Translations under genes and position numbers: made by a program | Notes under the pieces: model-generated | Told to the model about the DNA's origin: nothing | Database searches by the model: none | The model's input: only the letters and a program-made list of their open reading frames with translations | Shown here: one piece after another, positions 23,696 through 23,791 of the stretch | Layout of the letters: every line of letters starts with the position of its first letter | Numbering within the stretch: position 1 is the stretch's first letter | Source of the DNA: Catajapyx aquilonaris | Lineage: Eukaryota | Length of the DNA: 23,791 nt | Assembly (NCBI GenBank): GCA_000934665.2 | Contig: KZ538339.1 | Location: forward strand, 62,001 to 85,791 | Direction: 5' to 3'

Positions 23696-23791
23696 CTAGG
23701 AAAATCCTCGCTCCGCTCGCCTTTTCCTAGGGCGCAGGCCTAAAAAACCACTCGCTTCGCTCGCTGTTTTCTAGGCCTGCGGCCTGCTGTG
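23696..23791 (-). mobile_element. Double-hairpin element end, possibly the 3' terminus of a Helitron-type rolling-circle element (truncated by the window edge)
   Basis: Hairpin 1 is CTAGGAAAA (23696-23704)/TTTTCCTAG (23722-23730). Hairpin 2 is CGCAGGCCTAAAAAAC (23733-23748)/GTTTTCTAGGCCTGCG (23766-23781), 15/16 paired. Both loops are 17 nt and contain CTCGCTYCGCTCGC. On the minus strand the structure ends CTAG|T. Confidence 0.5.

Noticed and set aside
1..23791. All ORFs in the six-frame track as protein-coding genes
   Set aside because: They are short (at most 183 aa), overlap heavily on both strands, are dominated by homopolymer-derived runs (F, K, P, G), and show no recognisable domain, transposase or reverse transcriptase motif.
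1..23791. Conserved arthropod microRNAs
   Set aside because: I recognised no mature sequence by eye. A miRBase/Rfam search would be needed to exclude them.

Overview
This is non-coding eukaryotic genomic DNA, most likely from an arthropod (probably an insect, judged from the SINE body) and probably inside a very long intron of a + strand gene. None of the six-frame ORFs looks like a real protein, and there is no prokaryotic gene, rRNA, intact tRNA or CRISPR array. The main structures are: (1) a consensus-like recursive splice site (branch point, polypyrimidine tract, CAG|GTGAGT) at 12512-12549, followed by a 42-nt cryptic exon ending in GTAAGT; (2) a complete tRNA-derived SINE (20096-20405) with a 12-bp target-site duplication; (3) two long diverged inverted repeat arms (~18861-19200 and ~20021-20737), the right one interrupted by that SINE, with a third fragment near 4615; (4) a double hairpin with a shared CTCGCTYCGCTCGC loop at the window end, resembling a rolling-circle (Helitron-type) terminus; (5) two minisatellites, a 52-bp nested hairpin and many G-tracts. 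All alignments were done by eye.
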